Source: Octopus vulgaris
Taxonomy: Eukaryota
DNA: 64,000 bases
Reading direction: 5' to 3'
NCBI GenBank assembly: GCA_951406725.2
Contig: OX597824.1
Location: 74,648,001-74,712,000, forward strand
Part shown: positions 1-13,296 of the stretch, piece after piece
Position numbering within the stretch: position 1 is the stretch's first letter
Layout of the letters: every line of letters starts with the position of its first letter
The notes under the pieces: generated by a model
Database searches by the model: none
The model's input: the letters and a program-made list of their open reading frames with translations, nothing else
Told to the model about the DNA's origin: nothing
Position numbers and translations under genes: made by a program

Positions 1-1673
1 TCACCCCGCAAAGCCATTAAAAATCAATAGAAGTGACTTTTTTGTGAATTTTCTATCCAAAACCCAATCAAAATGCCCGAAACTTGATACGCCAATTGAA
101 TGCCAGCTAGCTGTATGTGACTGGTCATAGAGCTAGTTGCCGGGTCATGGTGCTAGTCTTTATAAAATAACACCTATCAGAAGAACTATTTGATGATAGA
201 AAAAGGAATCAATTGAATGAAATACAGAAAGAGTTCAACCAAAATGTGAGGACAAAACATTGAACCACTTACGAGTTTAGGCAAGAAATTTTCCATGCAA
301 TGCTGAAAGAAATGGGGCGGTGGGGCTCATCCCAGTATTTAAAACTGATAATGATATAGTAATTAAAGAATCAAATAAGAGAAATATTGTAGTCCTTACA
401 GATGTTAAATATCATATAAATATCGCACAAAATTTATTATAAGAAACTGCCTATTATCAAGAGGTAACCAAAAATAATGAAGTAACTTATCATTCATTCA
501 CCTAATCCGAAAAGAATGTTATTACTTAATGAAATTAAAATGTGTAAACTCAGCAATTGTTGTTAGGGATTCCTCACAATCTACAAGAGCAAGCTAATAA
601 AAGACACTTTATAGAATCAAATTCAACGTGTATTAATAAACCACATTCAAATGATTTTTAATTAAAACTTGTTGGAGTTGGTCTGTCTCAACAAGCACAC
701 AGACTCCGTAACTTTTCGGATAGCCATTTGAAATCTATGTTGAAGCTCTAAGTTTCGAACAAGACGACAGAGTTATATTAAACCATCTCTCAAGAGGAAA
801 ACACCAAAGATATTCCCGCCTACTATAATATTTGATGTTATGGAGCTTTTTATTAATATACAAATTAGAAACCATCGAAATGTGGTTTGATTTGATTTCA
901 ACGCTGATATCTATAGTAAAATACCTGGCACTGCGATGGGAACAGTAGTTTCCCCAATAAATGCTAATTTAGTCATAGTGTACGTACTTAGTCTTGTTGC
1001 ACGGACAAACTTTAACAGTATAAACAATGGTATTCAATTGACACTGGAATGTAGTACGAAAGAACTACATATTAGGACATTTTAGTCATTAAAAGAGATA
1101 TAGACATCAAAATTTTCATCTACTTTTCCTCACATCCAAAATAAACAAGAACAAATATTCCTTTTAATTTGACCAGAAGAATAGTACATTGGTATCTATT
1201 TTAAAAGGCTTTGAGTATTAAGTGAAATATTACTCGAAAGACAATACTCAGCAACATTAAATTCTAACGGAATAAAGCGTGAAGGAGTGCTAGATATTCA
1301 GGAACTTCAAAGGTCAAAAAACACACTCAATGCTTTGCCTTATGTATCAGCATACATCCACCAAAATACAGAAGTATACAACGTTATTCATGACAATGTA
1401 GCATTGTTGAGAAAAACCGAGAATTAACAGTGCACTTGAAACACAAAATTAAAAAATAAAAGACAAAAATTCTTAAAGAAATTATCGACGAATCCTAAAT
1501 GACCCGCTGAAAATACGACTCTGACATTAAAAGATGAGGACATCTTTACTGTGGGGCCTGTATTATTCTTATGGAAGAAACCATTTATTAAATTTAATCA
1601 GGACAACTATTTACCAGAAGAAATCATTTTACTTGTGCTTCTGGAAAATTAATCTATTAAATGTAACGGATAT

Positions 1674-1735
<62 letters not shown>

Positions 1736-1742
1736 TACATAT

Positions 1743-1787
<45 letters not shown>

Positions 1788-1821
1788 CATACATAAATAC
1801 ATATATATATATATATATATA

Positions 1822-2112
1822 CTCTCTTTTACTCTTTTACTTGTTTCAGTCATTTGACTGCGGCCATGCTGGAGCACCGCCTTTAGTCGAGCAAATCAAC
1901 CCCGGGACTTATTCTTTGTAAGCCCAGTACTTATTCTATCGGTCTCTTTTGCCGAACCGCTAAGTGACGGGGACGTAAACACGCCAGCATCGGTTGTCAA
2001 GCAATGCTAGGGGGACAGACACACAAACACACACACATACAAATACACACATATATATATACATATATACGACAGGCTTCTTTCAGTTTCCGTCTACCAA
2101 ATCCACTCACAA

Positions 2113-2115
<3 letters not shown>
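1822..2115 (-). mobile_element. SINE family A (tRNA-derived, CORE-like), head-truncated
   Basis: Near-identical to the full copies at 10093-10510, 17287-17689 and 49586-49976. The (GTAAAAGA)n tail is at the left end. Confidence 0.85.
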
Positions 2116-2153
<38 letters not shown>

Positions 2154-2154
<1 letters not shown>

Positions 2155-2432
2155 TGGAGGCGCAATGGCCCAGTGATTAGGGCAGCGGACTCGCGGTCGC
2201 AGGATGTGAGTGTTTATTGAGCAAAAACACCTAAAAGTTCCACGAGGCTCCGACAGGGGGTGGTGATCCCTGCTGTACTCTTTCACCACTCTTTCTCCCA
2301 CTCTTTCTTCTGTTGGCCTGCTCGCTTAGCCAGCGGGGTGGCGTCATTCGAAGGCTAAAACAATGCGAACGCATTGTGACTAGCGATGTGTAACAACATC
2401 TGATGGTCTGGTCAGTCACGTGAACACGTGAT
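2154..2432 (+). mobile_element. SINE family C (tRNA-like head GTGGAGGCGCAATGGCCCAGTG...)
   Basis: The A-box-containing head is shared with 34725-35030, 56311-56700 and 56815-57110. The B-box region is deleted in this copy. Confidence 0.8.
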
Positions 2433-2908
2433 AAGAAGGAGGAAAGAAGGAGGAATATTGAATATTACATAAGACAAACGGGATTAATTTCGAAAAAAGT
2501 TGTTCATCTTTAATAAATGCTAGATCCTAGTGTATAACAAATACTCGCAAGTCGACATTTTGAATTTTGTGCAGCTAATGAACTCCCGAAACTCTAAGTT
2601 ACCCTTAGTGCCAATGTACTACAAATACTGCTGACCAATAAAAATGAATACAGAAAAATATATATATTAATAAATACAAACTGCATCTACATAAATTATG
2701 CATAGAATTATATGACGCGTTGAGCGAAATATAATTATATATTCAAGAAAGAAAATAATAAAAGAAAAATAACAAACATTAGAAATATAAGAAAATATAT
2801 ATGGTGTGTATGTGTATGTGTGTGCGTATGCATATATATATATATATTAATATGTATATGGGTGAGTGTGCTATTATATGTATGTGTGTGTGTGTGCTAT
2901 TGTATGTC

Positions 2909-2949
<41 letters not shown>

Positions 2950-2953
<4 letters not shown>

Positions 2954-3496
2954 AGATAAATAAAAATATATGCATACATGCAAACATATATGTACGTACC
3001 TACATCTACATGTATATATACATGCATATATAAATAATTATACGGGAGTACAGGACATCACAATAAGACGTAGAAACGGAAAAAACCAAAAAACCAAAAA
3101 TCAAGAAAACGGAAAACGAAAAACAAATACAGGACGAGCTACACAAGGACAAAACCCCCGTCATCAGCTGTCGCTAGAGGAGTCAGGCATGTTTCGAAGG
3201 CAAGACAGAACACTAATCCAATAGGCCTTCCTGCGAGAGAATTAACATAAAATTCCAAGCAGCGGGGCAAAATGAGTACGAACACAAACAAGACGTAACA
3301 ATAAAACTGCAAAATTAAAATACATGTACAAAAACAAACACACAAGAGGACGAACGAAAAAGCCTTTTTTCTGGCATAGACAAACAATAATACTGCAAAA
3401 ATATAAATACAAGTACAAAATATACAATTAGTTACAAAACGAGATACATGTACAAAAACAAACACACAAGAGGACGAACGAAAAAGCCTTTTTTCT

Positions 3497-3530
<34 letters not shown>

Positions 3531-3730
3531 AATTAATAAATAAAACATATGCATATATACATACATATATGTACGTACCCACATCTACATGTATATATAC
3601 ATGCATATATTGGGTACAGGACACCCAAAAAACGTCGAACACAATGAGAAACGAAAACATAAACACAAAACCAAGGAAATGGACATTTTTCTTAAACAAC
3701 GAAAAAATAGAGTACAGGACATAGAACACG
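2950..3730. repeat. Internally duplicated repeat, probably a PLE pseudo-LTR-derived fragment
   Basis: Direct duplications at ~2983-3030 vs ~3563-3610 and ~3322-3378 vs ~3446-3502. A minus-strand GAAA...CTGATGA motif lies at 3155-3200. Confidence 0.45.
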
Positions 3731-3899
3731 TGTGTGTGTGTATGTGTGTGTATGTATGTATGTATGTATGTACGTATATGTATATGTGTATGTGTGTGTG
3801 TATGTATGTGTATGTATGTGTGTGTATGCATGAATGGATCTAGGACATTTTTTAAAAAAGCATAAGAAGAAAAGGATAAAAAATTGAAATTAAAATAAT

Positions 3900-4407
3900 G
3901 AAGGTCATACACTTTATTTAAAAAACAAAAAGCTAAAAACCATGTAAGTTCATTGCAATTGCACGCAAATAATGTTGTTTTTGATTTTGATCGTAACTTC
4001 TGACAATGCTTAGTATGCGCTTATAAACACCTTTGTATTTTTTCCTTGGTTGTGGTTTCTTCTTTTACTGCATCGTTTACCTTCTTTTTTAGAAAGAGAG
4101 TCTTCATTTCTCAAGACATTAACAAGTTACCATAAATTTGGACGAGTATTTGTGACAGACGCTTGCAGCAGTGCATTATGCGAACCTTCTACTCCATTGT
4201 TGGTGTTAGTCAGCTAATATAGGGTTCTTTCATACATATTCTAAAAACCGATAGGAAAAGTCGGTAGAACTCTACGTCTACGAGCTCCCCTCCATCTCTC
4301 CCTACCAATGTAAGGCGTTTCAAAATATGCCTCAAGTTCTTGTAGCAAGTCATTGTCATCCACAAGCTCTATAAATACATCGATGATGTCTAGACACAGA
4401 CACACAA

Positions 4408-4490
<83 letters not shown>

Positions 4491-5849
4491 TACGACGGGC
4501 TTCTTTCAGTTTCCGTCTACCAAATCCACTCACAAGTCTTTGGGCGGCCCGAGGCTATAGTAGAAGATATTTGCACAAGGTGCCACGCAGTGGGACTGAA
4601 CCCTGAACCATGTGGTTGGTAAGCAAGCTACCGCCTTTCTGTAAACATTTTTACAGAAATGAAAAAAAAAAACAGCCTGCTACATTTGCAGATGAAAATA
4701 GTCAGAAAAACTTAGAAAACCAGCCTGTTCAAAATCACTCATTAGATTTTCAGGTCTTAGGGTCTCGGGCAAATCTTTAACCTTTTGAAAAAACCTATTG
4801 TATGTGTCAAGAGTCTTATTCAAAAGGAGACCGTAAATTCGTGGGATGCATGCATGTCCTATGTTGACTTGTAAAGTATATAACTGATAATAAATTTCAG
4901 GACAAACCTTAACTGTTCCATCGCATGCCCAATTCTTATGCATTTCTAGATTGTGCAACCCTACAGTCGTACCAAAAATCAACATTCTACTTTCGTCTTT
5001 CACTCCACTATATTAGAGTAAAAATCTTTCTCTGTTCTGTAGACACGTAGATTCTTCGGGAATTACGTTGCTAATTCTTGATCTGGGTCTAGGAGGGACT
5101 TTTTCTTCCTTTTGTAGCTATCTTTTAATGTTTCTTCATAAACTTGGAGTTGATGGCATGAGAGAGTGTCTTTCTTCCTCTGATTCCCCTCATGCGACAC
5201 CAATCAAAAATCTTGAAGCTAACTGGGATTTAAGTACATTTTCTTTCATATTTGCTGTTGTTTCTTGCATTTTTGGTTGACTAGGATTCGATGGATGTGT
5301 ATGCTCGCTTACAATTTTACAAATAGAAATCGCTTCACTATTCAGTTTTGTATGATCTCTTGTTTTACAGTTTGTATCAACACAATTCCAATAGACTTTG
5401 CCTCCGTATTTTCTTTCTTGTCTATAAATAAAGTTAGCGCCGCCTACGAGCTTAACACAACCTCTGCTGCTTTTAATAGTATACGGCATCGTAAGGGTTT
5501 AAGTTTCAACTTTTAAAGAAAAGTGATATAAATAATGTTAACAGTCGAGTTAACTTTTCAAAACAAGCTTTTTGCTTTTGAATTTTCAAGATAAGCTTGT
5601 TTATTTTCAAATAAATATTAAACGACTTTTCTGCTTTTAAATTCTCATTTTAGCAATTACCGAAAATGACTGCTGTAAATATTATTCCTCTATCTACCTT
5701 ATTTAATTAACGACGCAATTTCAAGTTTCTAAGCTTTACGGCAAAATGTCCTTGCAGCGAAATATTCGTACGGCGAATTATCTTACCGCGAATAGTCCTA
5801 CGGCCGATTGTCCTACGGCGAATTTGTTTACGGCAAATTGTCCGGTCAC
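3900..5849 (-). mobile_element. Mutator-like (MULE) transposase pseudogene with FLYWCH domain and one surviving terminus
   Basis: ORF 5190-5489 is FLYWCH-like (F-I-Y...YWNC...C...H-T-H). ORF 4680-5003 has the MULE core DGT-x-K-x-x-P...QLYTL...Y-x-LL-x-NKT...Y...SDFEQA, followed by FFHFCKNVYRK. TNNGVEG-x-HN lies near 4175-4210. Subterminal ~15-bp repeats (GGACAATT(C/T)GCCGTA-like) occupy 5737-5849. Confidence 0.85.
4393..4630 (-). mobile_element. SINE family A, partial, inserted in the MULE
   Basis: Matches the family A head and middle segment. Confidence 0.8.
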
Positions 5850-5979
5850 CTGCATGAATATATGCATGTATGTATAAAACTGGGTTTCGTGATGTGATGG
5901 TGCTTATCATTGAACATAGAGTTATTTCCCTTACTGAATATCAGTAAAGTACCTTCTCAAGCCAATATGTTTTCACACC

Positions 5980-6562
5980 AAGGCGGCGAGCTGGCAGAAT
6001 CGTTTGCACGCCGGGCGAAATGCGTAGCCGTATTTCGTCTACCGCTACGTTATGAGTTCAAATTCCGCCGAGGTCGACTTTGCCTTTCATCCTTTCGGGG
6101 TCGACAAATTAAGAACCAGTTACGCACTGGGGTCGATGTAATCGACTTAATCCATCTGTCTGTGCTTGTTTGTCCTCTCTGTGTTTAGCCCCTTGTGGGT
6201 AGTAAAGAAATAGGTATTTCGTCTGCCGCTACGTTCTGAGTTCAAATTCCGCCGAGGTCGGCTTTGTCTTTTACCCTTTCGGGGTCGATTAAATAAGTAC
6301 CAGTTACGCACTGGGGTCGATATAATCGACTTAATCCGTTTGTCTGTCCTTGTTTGTCCTCTCTGTGTTTAGCCTCTTGTGGGATGTAAAGAAATAGGTA
6401 TTTCGTCTGCCGCTACGTTCTGAGTTCAAATTCCGCCGAGTTCGACTTTGCCTTTCATCCTTTCGGCGTCGATAAATTAAGTACCAGTTGCGTACTTGAG
6501 TCGATCTAATCGACTGGACTCCTCCCCTAAAATTTCGGGCCTTGTGCCTAGAGTAGAAAAGA
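5980..6562 (+). mobile_element. SINE family B, trimeric arrangement
   Basis: Head AGGCGGCGAGCTGGCAGAATCG with B-box GAGTTCAAATTCC. The internal ~184-bp unit restarts at ~6215 and ~6399. Confidence 0.85.
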
Positions 6563-6819
6563 ATATGTTTTCCCACCACTGGTGTGAGCATGTACAGTCA
6601 TCTCGGTATTCAGCTGAAACGAAAATGGTTTTTGAATCCGTACATTCAATAACCCTACCTTACAATGCATAAAAACAAGATGGTTATCTGAAAAATCCGA
6701 TCAGCAATTTCTACTAAACAATAGTTATTATCAATGTCATATCGTACCTCATCTCTCTTTATTTGACTTTACAGAAGTAGGAAGTACTTCTGTGACACTC
6801 TCTCCACCACCGCTCTCTC

Positions 6820-7002
<183 letters not shown>

Positions 7003-7139
7003 GATCATTTTTTTCTTTCCTTTTTACGATCCCTTTTGATCGAAAACCTACCCCACTTTTTTTTTCTCCCCCAAAAGAAAAGCTCTACTTTGTAATTTGT
7101 CCCGTCTGTGTGCAGTCCTGTGTGGATAATAAAGAAACA

Positions 7140-7182
<43 letters not shown>

Positions 7183-7298
7183 ATATATATATATATATAT
7201 ATATCACTCATTTCCTTGCTATCTCTGTCTCCTGGTCTCTGTCATTTTCTGTGTCCCTATTGCTCTCGCACTTCTCTTTTCGTCCTCTCTCTCGCTCT

Positions 7299-7930
7299 CT
7301 GTTCTAAAATGGCGACACGGTACTACCTCCCTATGCGGCACGATATTGTTGCTAAAACAATTTACAATGCCATCCGCAAAAAAGACTGTTCTGAAATAAA
7401 CTTAGAAAGTCCCTCTGTTATGGAATACATTCATAAACACCAACTCAAGGAATACTGGTGGAATATTCCAATCAAAACTTCTGTCAAATGTAAACATAAC
7501 AGGCCGTGTATTTTTGTTTGGGACAGAGGGCCTAAGGTATGTACCATCATAGAGGTCAACTGCCCTGCAGATATAAATATCTCTTTGAAAATCAAAGAAA
7601 AGGGGGACATCTATGGATAACTACTTCGAAACTTCCAGCTTCTATATCCAGACTATGAATTCATATTCATACTAATAATAATTGGAGCACTAGGTTTTGT
7701 TAGTAAATGCTTAAAGGAGAATCTGGATAAACTGGGATTTTCAGAAAGAGAAATTGACAGGCTGATTCGTACATTACAAGTCCAACCTGTGAGTGGAACA
7801 GTAAAAATATGCAAGACTTTTCTCAAGTTCCAAACGTGAATATGTTTGTGTTAACTACATCCCTAAGATGGAACCGTGTATCTTTGTTGGAAACCGGCTT
7901 CCTCGGAGGAGAAAGATTTATAAAACAAGA
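7299..7930 (+). mobile_element. 5'-truncated RLE-type non-LTR retrotransposon (R4/Dong-like), endonuclease domain + 3' UTR
   Basis: RHD...WWNIPI-x-T...HNRP-x-I-x-VWD...IIEV-x-CP-x-D...EK...Y, then IIIGALG past an in-frame stop. The frame ends at 7839 and is followed by (TACA)n. Confidence 0.85.
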
Positions 7931-8074
7931 GACATACATACATACATACATACATACATACATACATACATACATACATACATACATACATACATACATG
8001 CGTATACACGTCTGTATATATTTATATCTATCTATCTATCAATCTATATCTCTCTCTCTTTCTCTCTCTCTCTA

Positions 8075-8130
<56 letters not shown>

Positions 8131-8345
8131 AAGCGGCGTGTTGGCAGAGTCGTTAGCACGCCGGGTAAAATGCTTCGCAGCATTTCGTCTGTCTCCATGT
8201 TCTGAGTTCACTTTGCCTTTCATCCTTTCGGAGTCGATAAAAACAGGCATCAGTTGTATACTGATGCCTATTGTATACTGAAGTCGATATAATCGACAAA
8301 ACCCCTCACCCAAAATTGCTGGCCTAGTGCCAAAATTTGAAATAT
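8131..8345 (+). mobile_element. SINE family B, diverged
   Basis: Family B head plus the CTTTGCCTTTCATCCTTTCGG core. Confidence 0.75.
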
Positions 8346-8391
8346 ATATAGGTACATATGCATCTATATGTGTGTGCATGTTTATAAATAC

Positions 8392-8442
<51 letters not shown>

Positions 8443-9379
8443 AAGAGAGATGGATTCACCCATTTTTTTTTATGCATCTATATTTTCCACTAATACTACC
8501 TTCATTCTCAGACCCATCGCCGCCACCATCACTATTAATAGCGCCATCACTACTATCTTCTTCTTCTTCTTCTTCTTCTTCTTCTTCTTCTTCTTCTTCT
8601 TCTTCTTCACCTCATCCTCATCCACCTTCCATTTCTCTTCTCCACTCTATTTTATGCCACCTTTCATTATTAACCTTCCATCTATAATGAGAAAATGTCC
8701 GATGTGGAAAATTGATAAAACCAGTTACCTGTCGCAATATTGCAAATATTCGATTAGCTATTAGCAAGCGAATTTTCTTTTTTTTTTTTATAATTTGCAT
8801 ATACGGTGATTATTTCAGTTTGATTGCAAACTTCATCGATGTTTATTTCCAAACTAATCAGTCCAAATTCTATTTCGGTTAGAATAGGCAAATCACATTA
8901 AAACACAAAAATAAAAACTGAGAAACCAAAAAAACAAAATGGCGTCTACTTGTTCATGTAATTATTCGTCTTGGTATTCATGCACTTGTTCTTTCTTGTC
9001 TTTCTGTTAATATTCTTTCCACCTTTTTTAAAAAAAAATTGCCTTCATTTTGTATTAGTTACTATTTTTTTCTTCGTATTTTTTATACAGTTGTCACTCT
9101 TCTCCATATTTTTTAATATTAATTATTTTCGTCATTCTTTATTGTTTCATTTCAACGATTTTTTTCAGCCGACATTTCCACCTCTTCTTAACTCCTCAAC
9201 CTATTCTCCTCTTCACATGCATACCTCCCTTCATTATCCATTGACCTCGTCTTCCTCACCACCTAGTCCTTGTTTTTCTCTCATTAACATTGTTATCATC
9301 TTTATTTATCCAAGATATGAGAGTTCACAAATTATGTATGAGAATGGCTTAATGACATTTAGAAATCCTCATAGTATTA

Positions 9380-9780
9380 CTATTTCATCGAAAGAACGTG
9401 TTTATATCTATTCTTGTAAGATGTATGTCGATATCCATTATTCCAGTTGCAACATTGACGAACAGAGAATGCTGAGAATGGCTCTGAACATTAATCAGTA
9501 AACACTGAGAATGAAGAACTCAGATCTGCACGAGAGCCTCCCAAAAGTTAGCTCGAAAATAATATAGAGGAGACTAAGATTAGCTCGACATGCTCACCGT
9601 CATTCAGAGTTGATACTGCACTTAGTGCTCCTATGGGAGCTCCTACACGGATACACTAGAAGAAGGAGACTGAAGATGACATATGTTGATGCCCTAAGTA
9701 CAGACACTGGTCTCTGGGAGTCACAGGATATGGCAGCGATGATGAAGGACAAAGACCGCTGGTATGTTCACTAATATCTC
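9380..9780 (+). mobile_element. RTE/RTE-X-type LINE, 3' coding relic
   Basis: RMLRMALNI...LPKVS...RRLRLARH-x-HRH...VLLW...HG...TYVD-x-L-x-x-DTG...M-x-DKDRW, which is typical of the RTE C-terminus. Confidence 0.75.
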
Positions 9781-9837
9781 TCTCAAATCAGGACATTCCT
9801 TATCTAAATACAACACGTATTAGATATAGTTTTTAAT

Positions 9838-10060
9838 ACTCTTTTTACTCTTTTTACTTGTTTCAGTCATTTGACTGTGGCCATGCTGGATCACCGTCTT
9901 TAGTCGAGCAAATCGACCGCAGGACTTATTCTTTGTAAGCATAGTACTTATTCTATCGGTCCCTTTTGCCGAACCGCTAAGTTACGGGGCCATAAACACA
10001 CCAGCATCGGTTGTCAAGCGATGTTGTGGGGGACAAACACGGACACACGAACATATACAC

Positions 10061-10093
<33 letters not shown>

Positions 10094-10258
10094 GGCGCAG
10101 GAGTGGCTGTGTGGTAAGTAGCTTGCTAACCAACCACATGGTTCCGGGTTCAGTCCCACTGCGTGGCAGCTTGGGCAAGTGTCTTCTGCTATAGCCCCGG
10201 GCCGACCAATGCCTTGTGAGTGGATTTGGTAGACGGAAACTGAAAGAAGCCTGTCGTA

Positions 10259-10290
<32 letters not shown>

Positions 10291-10546
10291 AGTTTGTGTG
10301 TCTGTGTTTGTCCCCCTAGCATTGCTTGACAACCGATGCTGGTGTGTCTACGATCCCCGTTACTTAGCGGTTCGGCAAAAGAGACCGATAGAATAAGTAC
10401 TGGGCTTACAAAGAATAAGTCCCGGGGTCGATTTGCTCGACTGAAGGCGGTGCTCCAGCATGGCCGCAGTCAAATGACTGAAACAAGTAAAAGAGTAAAA
10501 GAGTAAAGAGTATATATATATACATATATACGACGGGCTTCTTTCA
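9838..10546. mobile_element. Nested SINE A pair: a full plus-strand copy (10093-10510) inside the (TA)n of a minus-strand copy
   Basis: The minus copy runs 9838-10075 and resumes at 10511-10546. The plus copy starts GGCGCAGGAGTGGCTGTGTGGTAAG. Confidence 0.85.
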
Positions 10547-11267
10547 GGAATAGTCAAGGAATAGTCAAATAGGGGAGGTGGTTAAGAGACTCGAGATGAA
10601 AATACTAAGTGACATTGACCGGACATAGAGAAGATAAAGTTAATAGCTGGCCGAAGAAACGTTATCGTCAGTTCAAAACAGTGGACAGGGTTGGGGTTAA
10701 AGAGATATTTCACTGACAAGATAAAACAGTTAAGACAAACGGTGGCGAAGAACAGAGTAGCGTGGGAAATTAAGTGCTGTTGTAAAAGAATGGTGTGCAA
10801 AAGAGAAGAGGGTAAGAAGTTATCATAATTTTATGTAATGGCCAAAGGTTCTGTAGAATTTATGTTGCAAGCAACGATTATGTCAGACAATCGATTAAGA
10901 GGTCTCATATTGGGACTTGCTGCAGGACACACACCAATGTCATCATGCACATTTTATGTATGAATGTGCTTATTATGTATAGATATGGTTATGCGTCTTA
11001 TCTTCATAGACGTTTTGAAAACGTCTATGAAGACAAGGCTTTACATAATTCTTTAGTTCTGTTCTGTTTCTTTGTTCTGTAATCTGTATTTGGTGCTCCA
11101 GTAAATATACATCACAAGCCTTCCTGTGTTTATCTGCCTTTCTACCTCCTCTTTCTTTCTCTCTCTCTCTCTCTTTCTTTCTCTCTCTGTCCATATATGT
11201 AAAAAGAGAGATAGCCAGACAAGTAGATATGTATATACGCATGTATGTTTGTGTGCATATATATATA

Positions 11268-11716
<449 letters not shown>

Positions 11717-12523
11717 TGTACGTATGTGTGTATGTACGTATACGTATATGCATTAATTGACTGATTGAATGATCGATTGATTGATTACAGAATTACTCCA
11801 TCGATGCAAGCGAATCATTGATTCGTCGATTCATTGATTCAGATTCACAGGCCGGTTGATCGATTTGATTGAAGTAAATAACCAATCCAATATTTATTTC
11901 TTTAAAGTCTTCATCACGCATAACATCAATTCTCCTATATTACGAAGCGAACAACGGCACTCAGTTTATTCAAGACCCTTAACTTATATTGATATATAGT
12001 CGATCGCAAGGATCCATATAATTTATTTTCTCCTACAAAGTTCACCCTTTTTATGGGGTGAAATCCTATTTTGACCTGATTTTGTTTGCATTTTCTTTAC
12101 TGCCGTTTCTATTTTTTCTTTTTCAGGTCGTTTCTTATATTGTTTCCAAATATCATTTATTTACTCAGCGATTTTGTTTTTCTTGTTTTTCATTTATTGA
12201 CTGAAGCAGACGATAAATCAATTTATATATAAAGTAGTTGAAGTCTGAGACATGATAAATTGCTGCACACGGCATCTATTATGCATTTAGAAAGACCTGA
12301 TATCGAGATTCACAAACCAACGTCACTAAAAAGCAAACAATTCCCAAGAAAAAAAAAAAAACGAAAGAAATGTTTTCTCCAAATTTTTTCGTCTGTTTTA
12401 TTTTATTTTTCTTTATTTTGCTATTATTTTGTTTAAATTCTGTTATTTTTCTATTCATTTTCATATGTGTAGTTGGTTGTTGTTGCAAATGCTAATATTG
12501 TTGTTGTTGTTGTTTATTTTGTT

Positions 12524-12555
<32 letters not shown>

Positions 12556-12621
12556 TGGTGTTGCTGCTGTTGTTTTTGGGTAGTTTCTTCGATATTTTTT
12601 CAAAATATAGCAATAAAAAAA

Positions 12622-12686
<65 letters not shown>

Positions 12687-12752
12687 CGATGACGATGATG
12701 ATGATGATGAAAATGACGAAGATGATGATGACGACGACGACGATGATGATGA
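12622..12752. repeat. (GAT)n/(GAC)n microsatellite
   Basis: Directly visible. Confidence 0.95.
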
Positions 12753-13060
12753 ATTGGAGAAGAAATTATCAATTCAGCCAGAGACGTTGAATTTCAAATA
12801 AACTTCAGTTCGATCGTGGCTCCATCACGTGATTTATCATTTATACTTACGGTAAAAATTTTATTAAAATTTCAATAAATTTCTCTCTTTTTATTGTTTT
12901 GTTTTCTTTTTTTTTAGATTTTACATTTAGATTTAAAGAAATAGCGCTTGAAGAACTAAACAAGACGAAAACATTGAAAGACAAGAAGAAAAACTTTCAC
13001 ATACACACGCACACACATACACACACACGCGTGTAAACACACACATACATACACACACGC

Positions 13061-13176
<116 letters not shown>

Positions 13177-13261
13177 GGAGCCAGTTGTGGTATAGCAGAA
13201 ACTAGAAGAGAAAATAAAGCAGTTATCATTGTGTGTATGTGTGTGTAAGCGTGCGTGCGTG

Positions 13262-13296
<35 letters not shown>

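Larger units (their letters stand above)
130..2700 (+). mobile_element. Degenerate Penelope-like element (RT + GIY-YIG relic), interrupted at 1683-2454 by microsatellite/SINE insertions
   Basis: Frameshifted motifs read by eye: GTAMGT-x-x-SP-x-x-ANL (~927-975), FNSINNGIQLTLE (~1011-1050), SHPK...NIPFNLTRRI (~1128-1186), [10 protein letters not shown] (~1628-1660), and after the insertion YIRQTG (~2466). These match the order of PLE RT and GIY-YIG motifs. Confidence 0.7.

Noticed and set aside
8930-8960. YY1-like AAAATGGCG as a gene start
   Set aside because: A single short motif followed by a very short frame and low-complexity sequence, so chance occurrence is likely.
10575-10830. Possible CR1/L2-type LINE fragment on the minus strand (similar weak signal at 61240-61490)
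   Set aside because: Too degenerate to identify diagnostic motifs by eye.
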